Positions 13,519-26,469 of a stretch of 64,000 bases of DNA are shown here, piece after piece (position 1 is the stretch's first letter; every line of letters starts with the position of its first letter). Position numbers and translations under genes: made by a program. Origin of the DNA: Heterodontus francisci (lineage: Eukaryota); the NCBI RefSeq assembly GCF_036365525.1, contig NW_027140825.1, positions 558,001-622,000 on the forward strand, read 5' to 3'. A model generated the notes under the pieces. That model saw nothing but the letters and a program-made list of their open reading frames with translations. It had not been told where the DNA came from and ran no database searches.

Positions 13519-16464
13519 GGCCCCCGAGGCAAGAGATTGAGAGACAGCCCAACATGTCAGAGACTCAAGGGGTGGAGTTTACAAACAGCTCACTCAGTAT
13601 ATATCTGGGTAGGAAGATCCCAGTTCCAATCACAAAACCCACCTTTCACTCTCTCTCGAGAGAGAGTAGACACATTCCCCAGTCTGATTCAGTGTGTGTG
13701 TCTGTGTATCTGTGTGTGTGTGTTCTCTCTGTCTCAATCTGGTTTATAACTGTGATTTGATTCGCTTTGAATATTGCTGATTGCCTCTGTAACTGAGAGG
13801 GGAAACCCTGGGCTCTTGCTGTGCTATTTTGTTTTAAAATGTCCTCGCTTTGTATTTTAATGCAATTTTTTCTCCTTCTTTCCCGAGGAATTTTCATTCT
13901 GAAAACTGCATGGTGAAGGTGAAAAGAGGGAAAGTCTGGGACGAGGAATCCTTGGACAGGAGCTTCCTCCAGAGGGGACGGACTGAGGCCTTGTCCACAG
14001 GCTGCACCCAGTGGGCCCACGTGAGTTGTGTCTGTTCATTCGGCCGAGGTTATATTCCCTCTCTCTGGGGCCCACCTTGCTCGAGTAAATTAAACATCCG
14101 AAAGGTGAAGCTGTCTAAAGCCTTGTTATAATTCCTGAATAATGCTGGTGTTTTGTGGAATTTGAGGGTGAAATGAAATGTGCAGCAGCCGTTTGAATTG
14201 AGAGTGAGTTCTGAGAGTGAATTTCTCTCTCTCTCTCTCCATCTGTCTCTCTGAATGAGTGTAACAGGAGGGAGAGAGAGGCAGGAGAGTGAGGGAAACA
14301 TGGACTGAATGAGAGGGGGAGAGAGGGATAGCCAGCTGTTATCACACTGCTGCTTGTGGGATCTTGCTGTTCACAAACAGCCTGCAGCTTTTCCAACATT
14401 GCAACAGTGACGACCACTTTAAAAATTAACTCACTGAGAGTCAAATGTTCCCGATTCATTTCAATTCATTTTACTGAAGTTCTGAGTTTCGATTTCTCTC
14501 TCTGTCTCTCTCCAGCTTTCTTTCCCTCTGTCTCTCTATCTAAACCTTTAATCGTTCAAAACAGAGATTTGTTGTTGTTTAAATGGTGAGACAGAAATAT
14601 TTCATAGCTTATTTCAATAAAGACTATGTATGAAATACAGGGGAAAAAACCTGATACGGACAGAGAGAGAGAGAGAGATACAGAGAGATTAAGAGACAGA
14701 CACACACTGGTGGAGGGAACTGTCTGTACCCTTTTAGTGTCTGGTTTATTAACTGTGATTTGTTTGTATTTGGGTGTTGTTGAGAGAGTGTCTGTGTAAC
14801 AGAGGGCAATTCCTGGGCTCTTGCTGTGCTATTTTGATTAACAATGCCTTTTAATCAATTTTCTCTCTTTCCCAATTGCCTTAGGAATTTTCACTCTGAA
14901 AACTGCATGGTGAAGTTGAAAAGAGAGAAAGTCTGGGACGAGGAATCCTTGGACAGGAGCTTCCTTCAGAGGGGACAGACTGAGGCCTTGTCCACAGGCT
15001 GCACCCAAAGGGCCCATGTGAGTTGTGTCTGTTTATTAGCCCGAGGTTTAATTTCCTCTCTGGGGCCCTGGGTTAAACTAGTTCCTGTCGGATTGGGACC
15101 CTGGAGTTTTAAACAGGTTGAAAGCCTGGGGTTAAAGGAGCAGCCCCAGGAGGGAGTCCCATTTACCACTTGCTCCTTCCAGCCCTGTCTGTGAGGTTTG
15201 CTGCTGTTTTGGGCAATGCTATGAAGCTAACAGTTAAATAAGATGCACGGTGCCCATTTTAATTCATTTTACTGTAGTTCTGAAGTTAGCTTTCTCTCTG
15301 TCTCCACATTCTTTCCCTATGTCCCCATCTCCCCCCATGCTTTCTCTTCTCTGTCTGTTTCACACTCACCTTTTCCATTTCAAACTTTAATAAATAAAAA
15401 AACATGCCACACACAGCAATGTGATTTGTCGTTATTTGAAATGGTGAGACAGAATCTGCAGCTTGTTCCCAGTTTAAAGAGGGTGTTTTGCCCTTTCTGG
15501 GGACTGAAATCTAGCTAATATCACATGGCTGCTTGTGGGATCTTGCTGTGCATCTAGTGCCCTGGAGCATTTCCTACATGACAACAATGAGGACACGTTA
15601 AAATTCAGCTTCCTGAGGGTCTGAGTGTGGATTTCTCTGTTTTCTCTCCATCTTCCTCTGCTTTTCTCTCCCCCCGCACTTTCTCTATTTTAACCATTAA
15701 TCAATAGGAGCCACAATATGACGTGTGGTTATTTTAAACGGTGACAGAAACACTGCAGAGGACGTTTCCATCCAGATTAAATGCCAGATCGAGAGAAAAA
15801 GAAACAGATGTGGATGAGTGTGGGGGGGGGGGGGGGAGGAGAGGAGAGGAGAGCAGGAGAAAGACAGGGAGAGGAGTGTTTGAGATTTTCAAACAGCAGG
15901 AATGTTCCTCTCTCTGGGATCTCCAAACTTACATCACTAAAAACAGATTATCTGCATGTTATCATATTGCTGCCTGTGGGATCTTTCTGTGCACAGATTG
16001 CCTGCTGGTTTCCTGCATTACAACAGCGAAGACCACTTTCAAAATTAATTCATTGAGTGTCAACTGCGCCTGAGGGCCAATAATTACAAGAGCTGAACGT
16101 GAAGCTGTATAAAGGCTTGTGAAAAGTTTAAAGATGGAGTTTAGCATTTTCTGAGGACTGTGATGGGATATCTGGCTATCATCACATTGTGGGATCCTGC
16201 TGTGCATACATTCCTTGCATCCATTCCCACATTACAACACTGGGGCAGAAATAGATGGAGAGAAAAAGAGAGAGAGTGAGAAACAGCTGGAGGTGGCAGG
16301 TTAAATGCAGAGAGAGAGAGAGACAGGCGGGAGTGTGTATGACAGAGGGAAGGCAGAGAAAGATGGAGAAAGGCACAGAGAGAGAGAGAGAGAAATCCAC
16401 ACTCAAAACCTTGGTAAACTGAATGTTGAAGTGTCACCATTGCTGGGATCTGACTGAGGTTTTT

Positions 16465-18100
16465 GAGCAAATTGTCATCGGGAGTGAGAAGGTATTGGAG
16501 GTTTTGGCAGCTTAAAAGTGGACAAATCTCCAGGGCTGGACCATTTGTCTCCCAGGATGCTGTGGGAGGCGAGGATGGAGATTGCAGGGGCTCTGACCCA
16601 AATTTTTAATTCCTCTCTGGCCAAGGGGGAGGTGCCAGAGGACTGGAGAACAGCTAATGTGGTCCCACTATTTAAGAAAGGTTGTAGAGATAAGCCAGGG
16701 AACTACAGACCAGTGAGTCTCACGTTAGTGGTAGGGAAACGATTGGAGAGAATTCTGAAGGAGAGAATCTATCTCCACTTGGAGAGGCAAAATGTGATTA
16801 GGAATATTCAGCATGGCTTTGTCAGAGGGAGGTCATGCCGAACAAATTTGATTGAATTTTTTGAGCATGTGACCAGGTGTGTAGATGAGGGTAGTGCAGT
16901 TGATGTAGTTTCCATGGATTTCTGCAAAGCCTTTGACAAGGTCTCACATGGGAGACTTATCAAGAAAGCAAATGCACATGGGATACAAGGTAACTTGATA
17001 AGGTGGATTCAAAATTGGCTTAGCTGTAGGAGACAGAGAGTGATGTCAGACGGCTGTTTTAGTGACTGGAAGACAGTGTCCAGTGGCGTACCACAGGGAT
17101 CTGTGCTGGGTCCCCGATTGATTGTCATTTATATAAACGACATAGATGACTATGTGGGGGGTAGGATCAGTAAGTTCGCAGATGACACAAAGATTGGCCG
17201 AGTGGTTAACAGTGAGGTGGAGTGTCTTGGGTTACAGGAAGATATAGATGGGATGGTCAAATGGGCAGAAAAGTGGCAGATGGAATTTAATCCTGAAAAG
17301 TGTGAGGTGATACACTTTGGAAGGAGTAATGTGACACGGAAGTATTCAATGAATGGCCTGACACTGGGAAGTTCCGAGGAACAAAGGGACCTTGGCGTGT
17401 TTGTCCATAGATCTCTGAAGGCAGAAGGGCAGGTTAATAGGGTGGTGAAAAAGGCATATGGGACACTTGCCTTTATCAATCGAGGCATAGATTACAAAAG
17501 CAGGGAGGTCATGTTGGAGTTGGATAGAACTTTGGTAAGGCCACAGCTGGAGTACTGTGCGCAATTCTGGTCACCACATTATAGGAAGGATGTGATTGCA
17601 CTGGAGGGGGTGCAGAGGCAATTCACCAGGATGGTGCCTGTGATGGAATATTTAAGCTATGAAGAGAGGTTGGATAGGCTTGGGTTGTTTTCACTGGAGC
17701 AGAGAAGACTGAGGGGTGACCTTATCGAGGTGTACAAGATTATGAGGAGTATGGACAGGGTGGATAGGGAGCAGCTGTTCCCCTTAGTTGAAGGGTCAGT
17801 TCCGAGGGGGTCAAAAGTTTAAGGTGAGGGGCGGGAGGTTTAAGGGGGATTTGAGGAAGAGCTTTTTTACCCAGAGGGTGGTGACAGTCTGGAATGCCCT
17901 GCCTGGGAGGGTGGTAGAGGCAGGTTGTCTCACATCCTTTAAAAAGTACCTGGATGAGCACTTGGCACGTCATAACATTCAAGGCTATGGGCCAATTGCT
18001 GGTAAATGGGATTAGGTAGACAGGTCAGGTGTCTTTAATGCATCGGTGCAGACTCGATGGGCCGAAGGGCCTCTTCTGCACAGTATTATTCTGTGATTCT
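16465..18100 (+). mobile_element. CR1 LINE, 5'-truncated, long RT ORF (16518-17822) plus 3' UTR
   Basis: GVPQGSVLGP, KFADDTK, RPQLEYC; one frameshift near 17810; attctgtgattct tail. Confidence 0.93.
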
Positions 18101-20119
18101 CTCTCTCTCCCCATCTGTCTCTCTGAATGAGAGTAACAGGAGGGAGAGACGCAGGAGTGAGGGAAACATGGAGGGAATTAGAGGGGGAGGAGGGATAGCC
18201 GACTTTGATCACACTGCTGCTTGTGGGATCTTGCTGTGCAACAATGGCCGACAGCATTTCCAACATTGCCGACCACTTTAAAAATGAATTCATTGAGTGT
18301 CAGATACTTCTGTGAATCAGCAATGAAATGGGTGAAATGTGAAGGTTTGTTCTCATTCCCGAATAATGCTGGTGTTTTAGACTGTGGGTTAATTTGACAG
18401 TGAAATGAAACACCTGGGGGCCATTTGAATTCTGATTTTCAGGGATGGGAATGTGGCAATTTCTCTCTATCCTTCGACAGGATAGGGGATGGGGGTCACC
18501 AGTGTTTGTGTGTTTTTAGAATGAGGCAGAAACAGATGAGAGAGACACACAGAGAAATAGAGAGAGAGAGAAATTGAGAGACAGCAGGAAAGGACAGGGT
18601 AAACACATCCACACTTCCCAGTCTCTGGCTCTGTGTCGGGGGATGTATTTGCAAGACGGGGAGTCACTGAGAGATTGTTTTATGTCAGTGAGTGAGAGAA
18701 AGAGCTCTGGGCTCTTGCTGTGTTTTATTTCTGTTCCAAAATGCTTTGCTGTGTTTGAATCAATTTTATTTCTCTTATTCCCAAGGAGAATCTTTTCGGA
18801 AGCTGCAGCTGTGATGATGCAGAGGAAGAATCGTTTGGCCACCTGGAATTCTCAGACAAGAGCTATAACCAGAGAGGAAAATAATAATAAATATATATGT
18901 GTCATTGTCAAATTCATTTCAAGATACAGAAAAGAAAACGGTGTGTTTTCGGGGCTGATAGAAAAACAAAGTGCTGGAAATGCTCAGTATTTCTAACACA
19001 CTTTTTATTTCAGATTTCCAGCATCTGCAGTATTTTGATTTTGTGTTTTCAGAGGCTCTGTGGATTTTTTTTTTTGCCACAAGGGAGGGGGCTGGAGGGA
19101 GCTCCCGAAGGGAATAGTTTGGGAAAGAGCTGCTCCAGAACAGTCAATGTAATCCCCTAGATTTCCCCCTCTCCATCTCTTGCTGCACTTGTTCCCTGCA
19201 CCTTCCTCCTAGCTCTGTTTCTTCACATCTTTAAATTCCTATCACTGTATCTCTCAACATCCTTTCTATCTCTGCCTGTCTCTGGAGTCTCACGTTTCCA
19301 TTGCCACTCTTTCTGCAACTCTCTGCATCTTTCTCTCTCTCTCTCTCCACTTGTTCTCTCAATCACTTCCAAATCCCTGAATCTTTCCATCTCTGCTCCT
19401 CCTTTCCTGCAAGATTATCTCTGCATTTCCCTCCCCCCTGTCCCAGGACACCTCTTGCTATTCTGTAAACACATCTAACTTTGTATCTCTGCCCCGCCAC
19501 ATCTTTCTGTCTCTGTATCTCTCTTTGTCTGGGATCTTTCTCAATATCTTCATCGCTGCTGCATTCTCTCACTACACCTCCAGCTCTCTCTCTCTGTATG
19601 TCTCCATGTCTCTCTCTGTCCTTCTCGGTATTCTGACCCTCTGTTCTGAGTTTCTCTCACTGGTTTCGGACTCCCTGCATGTCATTCTCCATCTCCCTTT
19701 CCATTTATTTCTCTCTCTCTCTGTTCTGTCCTAATCCCAGGATCTGTTTTCTGTGTCTCTGTCCCTCTGTCTGGGGGTGGATTTGAACTCACTGCCTTGG
19801 TGTGTGCACAGGGTGATTGTAAACTGGGATCCTGCTTTCCATCTCTGCCCAGTTTTGGTCCCATTGAGGTAAAAACAGGGGAGAGATGCTGAACGGGCAG
19901 CCGGATTCACAACCACCCTCCTGCCCTCCATCCTGGTTTGCACCATTGGTACCAAGTCCGAGTCCAGCCCAGTGTTTCTTTGCCTCTCTGTGTATCTGCT
20001 CCCCGACTGTCTCTGCCTGTCTCCTTGTGGCTCAATGGGGGAAGGGACAGGGACGGTATTCAGAAAGGAGGGGGGTGTTTACATTGGGGGGGAGAATTAG
20101 ATTGGGGTCAGTTAATGGG

Positions 20120-21122
20120 GGGGGGGGTTATTTAGATGGGGGTCTGTTCCCGGGGGGGGGCATTTAGATGAGAGTCTGTTCCCGGGGGGGGGGTGGGGGG
20201 GGGTGTATTTAGATAGGAGTCTGTTCCCGGGGGGTATTTAAATTGGAGTCAGTTGCCGGGGGGGGGGGGGGTGTATTTAGATAGGAGTCTGTTCCCGGGG
20301 GGTATTTAGATAGGAGTCTGTTCCCTGTGGGGTATTTAGGTAGGAGTCTGTTCCCGGGGGGGGTGTATTTAGATAGGAGTCTGTTCCCGGGGGGTATTTA
20401 GATAGGAGTCTGTTCCCGGGGGGGGGGGGGGTGTATTTAGGTAGGAGTCTGTTCCCGGGGGGAGGGGGGGTGTATTTAGATAGGAGTCTGTTCCCGGGGG
20501 GTATTTAGATAGGAGTCTGTTCCCGGGGGGGGGGGGGGGGGGGGGGGTGGGGGTGTATTTAGATAGGAGTCTGTTCCCTGTGGGGTATTTAGATAGGAGT
20601 CTGTTCCCGGGGGGGGGGGTGTATTTAGATAGGAGTCTGTTCCCGGGGGGTATTTAGATAGGAGTCTGTTCCCGGGGGGGGGGGGGGGTGTATTTAGATA
20701 GGAGTCTGTTCCCGGGGGTTGGGTATTTAGAAAGGAGTCTGTTCCCGGGGGGGGGGGGGTGTATTTAGATAGGAGTCTGTTCCCGGGGGGTATTTAAATA
20801 GGAGTCTGTTCCCGGGGGTGTATTTAGATAGGAGTCTGTTCCCGGGGGGTATTTAAATTGGAGTCTGTTCCCGGGTGGGGGGTGTATTTAGATAGGAGTC
20901 TGTTCCCTGTGGGGTATTTAGGTAGGAGTCTGTTCCCGGGGGTTGGGTATTTAGAAAGGAGTCTGTTTCCTGTGGGGTATTTAGATAGGAGTCTGTTCCC
21001 GGGAGGGTATTTAGATGGGAGTTTGTTCAGGTGGGGGGGGGGTGGGCATTTAGATGGGGGTCTGTTCCCGGGGGTATTTAGATAGGAGTCTGTTCCCGGG
21101 TGGGGGGTGTATTTAGATAGGA
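20120..21122. repeat. G-rich minisatellite with variable poly-G runs
   Basis: Unit gtatttagataggagtctgttccc(g)n. Confidence 0.92.
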
Positions 21123-23839
21123 GATCAGAGATAGGGAGGTTTGTAGGGGCTGGAAGACGTTACAGAGATAGGGAGGGTGCAGGGGCTGGAGGAGATAACA
21201 GAGATAGGGAGTGGTGTCGGGGCTGGAAGAGGTTACAGAGATAGGGGGCTTTAGGGGATGGAGGAGGTTACAGAGATAGGGAGGGTTGTAGGGGCTGGAA
21301 GAGATTACAGAGATAGGGGTGGGTGTAGAGGATGGAGGATGTTACTGAGATAGGACGGGTTTTAGGGACTAGGAAGAGGTTACAGGGATAGGGAGGAGTG
21401 TGGAGGCTGGAGGTTACAGTGATAGGGAGGGCTGTAGGGGCTGGAGGTGGTAACAGAGATAGGGAGGGTTGTAGCGGCTGGAAGATGTTACAGAGATAGG
21501 AAGGGGAGTCGAGGTTGGCAGAGGTTACAGAGATAGGGAGGGTTATCAGGGTTGGAAGAGGTTTCAGAGATAGGGTGGGTTGTAGAGGCTGGAGGAGGCT
21601 ATAGAGTTAGGGAGGGTTGTTGGGGCTGGTAGAGTTATCAGAGATAGGGAGAGCTGTAGGGGCTGGGGGAGGTAACAGAGATAGGGAGGGCTGTAGGGGC
21701 TGGTAGAGTTTACAGATATAGGGAGGGGTTTAGGGGCTGGGGGAGGTTACAGAGTTAGGGAGGGATGTAGGGGCTGGAGGAAGTTACAGAGATAGGGTGG
21801 GGTGCAGGGGCTGGAGGAGGTAATAGAGATAGGGAGTGCTGTGGGGGCTGGAGGAGGTAACAGAGATAGGGAGGGCTGCAGGGGCTGCTAGAGTTTACAG
21901 ATATAGGGAGGGCTTTAGGGGCTGGAGGAGGTAACAGAGAAAGGGAAGGTTGGAGGGGCTGGAGGAGGTTACAGAGATAGGGTGGGGTGTAGTGGTTGGA
22001 GGAGGTTACAGAGATAGGGAGGGTTGTAGTGGCTGGAGGAGGTTACAGAGATAGGGAGTGCTGTAGTGGCTGGAGGAGGTAACAGAGATAGGGAGTCTTG
22101 CAGGGGCTGGTAGAGTTTACAGATATAGGGAGGGATTTAGGGGCAGGATGAGGTTACAGAGTTAGGGAGTGCTGTAGGGGCTGGAGGAGGTAACAGTAAT
22201 AGGGAGGGTTGTAGGGGCTGGAAGACGTTACAGAGATAGGGATGGGTGCAGGGCCTGGAGGAGATAACAGTGATAGGGAGTGTTGTCGGAGCTGGAAGAG
22301 GTTACAGAGATAGGGAGGGTTGCAGGGGCTGGAGGAGGTTACAGAGATAGGGTGGGGTGTAGGGGTTGGAGGAGGTTAAAGAGGTAGGGAGTCTTGTAGG
22401 GGCTGGTAGAGTTTACAGATATAGGGAGGGGTTTAGGGGCAGGAAGAGGTTACAGAGTTAGGGAGTGCTGTAGGGGCTGGAGGAGGTAACAGTGATAGGG
22501 TGGGTTGTAGGGGCTGGAAGACGTTACAGAGATAGGGATGGGTGCAGGGCCTGGAGGAGATAACAGAGATAGGGAGTGTTGTCGGAGCTGGAAGAGGTTA
22601 CAGAGATAGGGAGGGTTGCAGGGGCTGGAAGAGATTACAGAGGTAGGGATGGGTGTAGAGGCTGGAGGAGGTTACTGAGATAGGGAGGGTTTTAGGGACT
22701 AGGAAGAGGTTACAGGGATAGGGAGTGGTGTAGAGGCTGGAGGTGGTTACAGAGATAGGGAGGGCTGTAGGGGCTGGGGGAGGTAACAGAGATAGGGAGG
22801 GTTGTAGAGGCTGGTAGAGTTTACAGATATAGGGAGGGGTCTAGCGGCTGGAGGAGGTTACAGAGTTAGGGAGGGTTGTAGGGGCTGGAGGAGGTTACAG
22901 AGATAGGGAGGTTTGTCGGGGCTGGAGGAGGTAACAGAGATATGGAGGGTTGTAGGCGCTGGAGGAGGTTACAGAGATAGGGAGGGTTGAAGGGTCTGGA
23001 GCTGGTAACAGAGATAGAGAGAGCTGTAGGAGCTAAAGCAGGTTACAGAAATGGGGAGGTGTCCAGTGGCTGAAGGAGGTTACAGAGATAGGGACGGGTG
23101 TAGGGGCTAGAGGAGGTAACAGAGATAGGGAGAGCTGTAGGGGCTGGAGGAGATAACAGAGTTAGGGATGGGTGTAGGAGCTAGAGGAGGTTACAGCGAT
23201 AGGGTGGGTTGTAATGGCTGAAGGAGGTTACATAGATGGGGAGGGTTGCAGGGGCTGGTGGAGGTTACAGAGGTAGGAAGTGTTGTAGGGGCTGGAGGAG
23301 GTAACAGAGTTAGGGATGGGTGTAGGGGCTGGAGGAGGTAAATGAGATAGGGAGAGCTGTCGGGGCTACAGGATGTTACAGAGTTATGGAGGGGTGCAAG
23401 GGCTGGAGGATGTTGCAGAGATAGGGAGTGTTGTAGGGGCTGGAGGAGGTTGCAGAGATAGGGAGGTGTGTAGGAGCTGGAGGAGGTTACAGAGATCAGG
23501 AGAGCTGTCGGGGCTGGAGGAGGTTACTGAGATAGGGAGGGTTGTAGGGACTGGTGGAGGTTACAGAGATAGGGAGGGGTGTCGGGGCTGAAGGAGGTTA
23601 CAGAGAAATGGAGGGTTGTAGGGGCTGGAGGAGGTTGCAGAGATAGGGATGGGTGTTGGGGCTGGAGGATGTTACAGAGATAGGGAGGGTTGTAGGGGCT
23701 GGAGGAGGTTCCAGAGATAGGGAGGGTTGTAGGGGATGGAGGAGGTTACAGAGTTAGGGAGGGTTGTAGGGGCTGGAGGAGGTTACAGAGTTAGGGAGGG
23801 TTGTAGGGGCTGGAGGAGGTTACAGAGGTAGGGAGGGTT
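21123..23839. repeat. ~39-bp G-rich minisatellite
   Basis: Unit approx. gaggttacagagatagggagggttgtaggggctggag, diverged; a single related unit lies at ~6258-6290. Confidence 0.92.
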
Positions 23840-23870
23840 CGTGTGGGGTTGCATTTTGCACTGATCTTAC

Positions 23871-23923
23871 ACTGTTAATCCACTTCCGTTTCCAAAGTAC
23901 ACGTGGTTATAATTTCCCGTATT
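23871..23923 (-). pseudogene. TCR J-like segment J2 (NTGNYNHVYFGNGSGLTV), probably non-functional
   Basis: FGxG plus L-T-V motif; GTAAGA donor at 23870-23865 is in phase 2 rather than 1; heptamer candidates cacgcca 23924-30 or cacattg 23932-38 with weak nonamers. Confidence 0.65.
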
Positions 23924-24659
23924 CACGCCACCACATTGCTCACGTAAAAGGCCTTTAAACCATTACTCTGTCAGTAATGAGCCGCCTCTGAGACAGAACC
24001 CTCTCTGACCCTCATTGCCCGAGTCCCAGTCCAGAGCTGCAAGCCGATCATCCAGGACAACACTACCACCAGGACTGAGAGAAAAGGAGACTTAGAACAG
24101 GAGTGTGTAGGAAAGCGAGGGAGTGGTAGTTGATTGAACACAAACGAAGGATGGCAAGGAGAGAGGGGGCAAGCAGAGACAAACAACAGGGAAAGGGAAG
24201 AGGGCAAGTAGAGAGAGAGATAAGGATAAGAAATAATGAGGATGAGGAACTTAGTGGCAGAAACTGTGAACGAAAGAGAAATAAAGTGAGTTCACACAAG
24301 ATGACACCAAGGATGAGAGACTTCAGTTAATGTGGAGAGACTGGAGGAGCTGGGATTGTTCTCCTGAAGAGAAAGTTCAGTGGAGAATTAGCAGAGACGT
24401 TTGCAATCGGTCATCGTTTTGACAGAGGAAATGATGCAAAACTGTTTCCCGTGACACAAAGCAGTGAGCTGTTGCGATGTGGAATGCACTGCCTGAAAGG
24501 GCGGTGGGATTGACTCACAGTATTACAAAGAGAATTGGGTCAACAGCTGAAGGGAGGAATTGTAGGTCTATAGCGATAGGGTGGGAGGGAACTGGGATCA
24601 ATCAGACAGCTGTAGAAAAGAGCCAACCCGGGCACCATGGTCAATGGTCCAGAACTGTA

Positions 24660-25750
24660 TTGCTCTCTCTGACTGAATCTCTCTCTCACTCTCTCTCTCT
24701 CTACCTGAATCTCTCTCTCCTTTTCTCTCTCAATCTCTATAAATCTCTCCCTCGCTGATTCTCTCCCTCTCTCCCTGAATCTCTCCCTCTCTCTCTGAAT
24801 CGGTCCCACTCTCTCTCTCTGAATATCTCCCTCTCTCTCTCTTGGGTTCTCTCCCTCTCTCCCTGAATCTCTCCCTCTCTCTCTGAATTGCTCTCTCTCT
24901 GACTGAATCTCTCGCCCTCTCTCTGCCTGAACTTCTCTCTCCTTTAGTCTCTCAATCTCTGTAAATCTCTCTCTCTCTTGGGTTCTCTCCCTCTCTCCCT
25001 GAATCTCTCCCGCTCTCTCTGAATTGCTCTCTCTCTCTCTCTAAATCCCTCTCTCTCTCTCTCTGAAACCCCCCCTCTGAATCGCTCCCACTCTCTCTCT
25101 TTCTGCCTCTCTCTCTCTGAATTGCTCTCTCTCTCTCTCTCTCTAAATCTCTCTCTCTCTCTGAAACACCCCCCACCCTCTGAATCGCTCCCACTCTTTC
25201 TCTCTGCCTCTCTCTCTCTGAATTGCTCTCTCTCTCTCTAAGTCTCTCTGTCTCTCTCTGAAACACACCCCTTCCCTCTGAATCGCTCCCACACCCTCTC
25301 TCTCTCTCTGCCTCTCTCTCTCTCTGAATATCTCCCCCTCTCTCGAAATCAATCTCTCTCTCTTTCTGAAAAAAATTCTCTCTCTCTGCCTCTCATTCTC
25401 TCTCGGAGTGTTTCTCTCTCAATGTGTGATTCTCTCTCTGTGTTTATCTCACTGGCTTTCTGTCTGCCTCTCTACTGCCTGTAGTCTCTCTCTCTCTCTC
25501 TCTCTGTTTCTGTTTATTTTTTCTCTCCATTTCTTTCTCTCTCTCTCTCTCTCTTCCCTCTCTCTTTCTCTCTGTTTCTTTCCATCTATCTCTGTATCAT
25601 CACTCTCTCTGTGTTTCTTTCCCTCTCTCTCTGTTTCTTTCCCTCTCTTTCTACATCTGTCTCTCTCTCTGGTTCCATTTTTTTCTCGCCATTTTTTCTA
25701 TCTCACATTTTTCTCTGCTTATTTCCCTTTCTGTTTATTTCCCCCTCTCT
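24660..25750. repeat. CT-rich low-complexity tract
   Basis: (ct)n interspersed with ctgaat/ctgaaa. Confidence 0.9.
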
Positions 25751-25903
25751 GCACCAAAGAGACACAATGATCAAATGGCCTCTTCCAACACAATAATAAG
25801 ATTCCATCTGGTCAGACACGGTAAACTCAGAGATATTATTGTGTGTACCGGCTCCTTTTGCCCCCAACTCAACCTCCAGCACCTGGACTCGAGCATTACT
25901 TAC

Positions 25904-25952
25904 CCAGTACGGTGAGTCGGGTCCTACCTCCGAAGGTAGCTGGATCGTTCAC
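25904..25952 (-). other. TCR J segment J1 (VNDPATFGGRTRLTVL)
   Basis: 49 nt ending in phase 1 at a GTAAGT donor (25903-25898); heptamer cacagag 25953-59, 12/13-bp spacer, degenerate nonamer; FGGR instead of FGxG. Confidence 0.8.
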
Positions 25953-26181
25953 CACAGAGAGTGAACCCCCCATTGAAAACTCCTACCCCAGCAAGCCTCT
26001 CGCCTTGCCTGGGCAGTTTGCTATCTCTTCAGGGGGCATGTGCCCCATGAGATGGTCAACTCAAGATTCAGTCTGCTCCTGCCTGTCCTGACAGTGGAGG
26101 CGCCTTGCTGCAGGGGTGGGGAGATCCTGGGCACTGGGGCAGGCAGTCGGGTAGCCTGTGAGAAGGGCAAGCGGACGGTGG

Positions 26182-26262
26182 AGTTCTTGCATGGGCTGAG
26201 CACAGGAATGTAACACGGTGCTATACTGACCTCCCACGATGTAGCAAAGCAGTTCAATAAAA
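26182..26262 (-). other. D segment GGAGGTCAGTATAG (26221-26234) with 5' 12-RSS and 3' 23-RSS
   Basis: Minus strand: TTTTATTGA-12-CATCGTG-[D]-CACCGTG-23-GCAAGAACT; both spacer lengths exact; 270 bp upstream of J1. Confidence 0.8.
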
Positions 26263-26469
26263 CCTCTCTCCCCCACCCCCCCCCCCCACATCTCTCTCTC
26301 TCTCCCTCTCATTTTTCAGTCCCTTTATCTATCACTTTAAATTTCCCTTTTAATCACGTGTCCTTCCCTTTTATTAGCTATTATCCCATTGGAACTCTCC
26401 TGCTTCCATAAATACTTTCTCACCTCCATATTTTAATCTTGTTCTCCATGTGTAAGTCTCTCGACAAGT

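Noticed and set aside
13585-13640. IGTGIFL J-like motif on the minus strand
   Set aside because: No RSS and wrong spacing to the donor
19787-20035. Constant-domain exon (CFYLNGT followed by a GTGAGT donor)
   Set aside because: No first cysteine or tryptophan with C1-set spacing in any frame
20120-23839. 3.7-kb G-rich repeat just downstream of J2 as an Ig switch-like region
   Set aside because: The G-rich strand is the template strand for minus-strand transcription, opposite to switch regions; a single related unit inside ordinary repeat DNA at ~6260 suggests a common minisatellite
26070-26100. CACTGTC-AGGACAGG as a canonical D-beta
   Set aside because: No nonamer at 12 or 23 bp on either side
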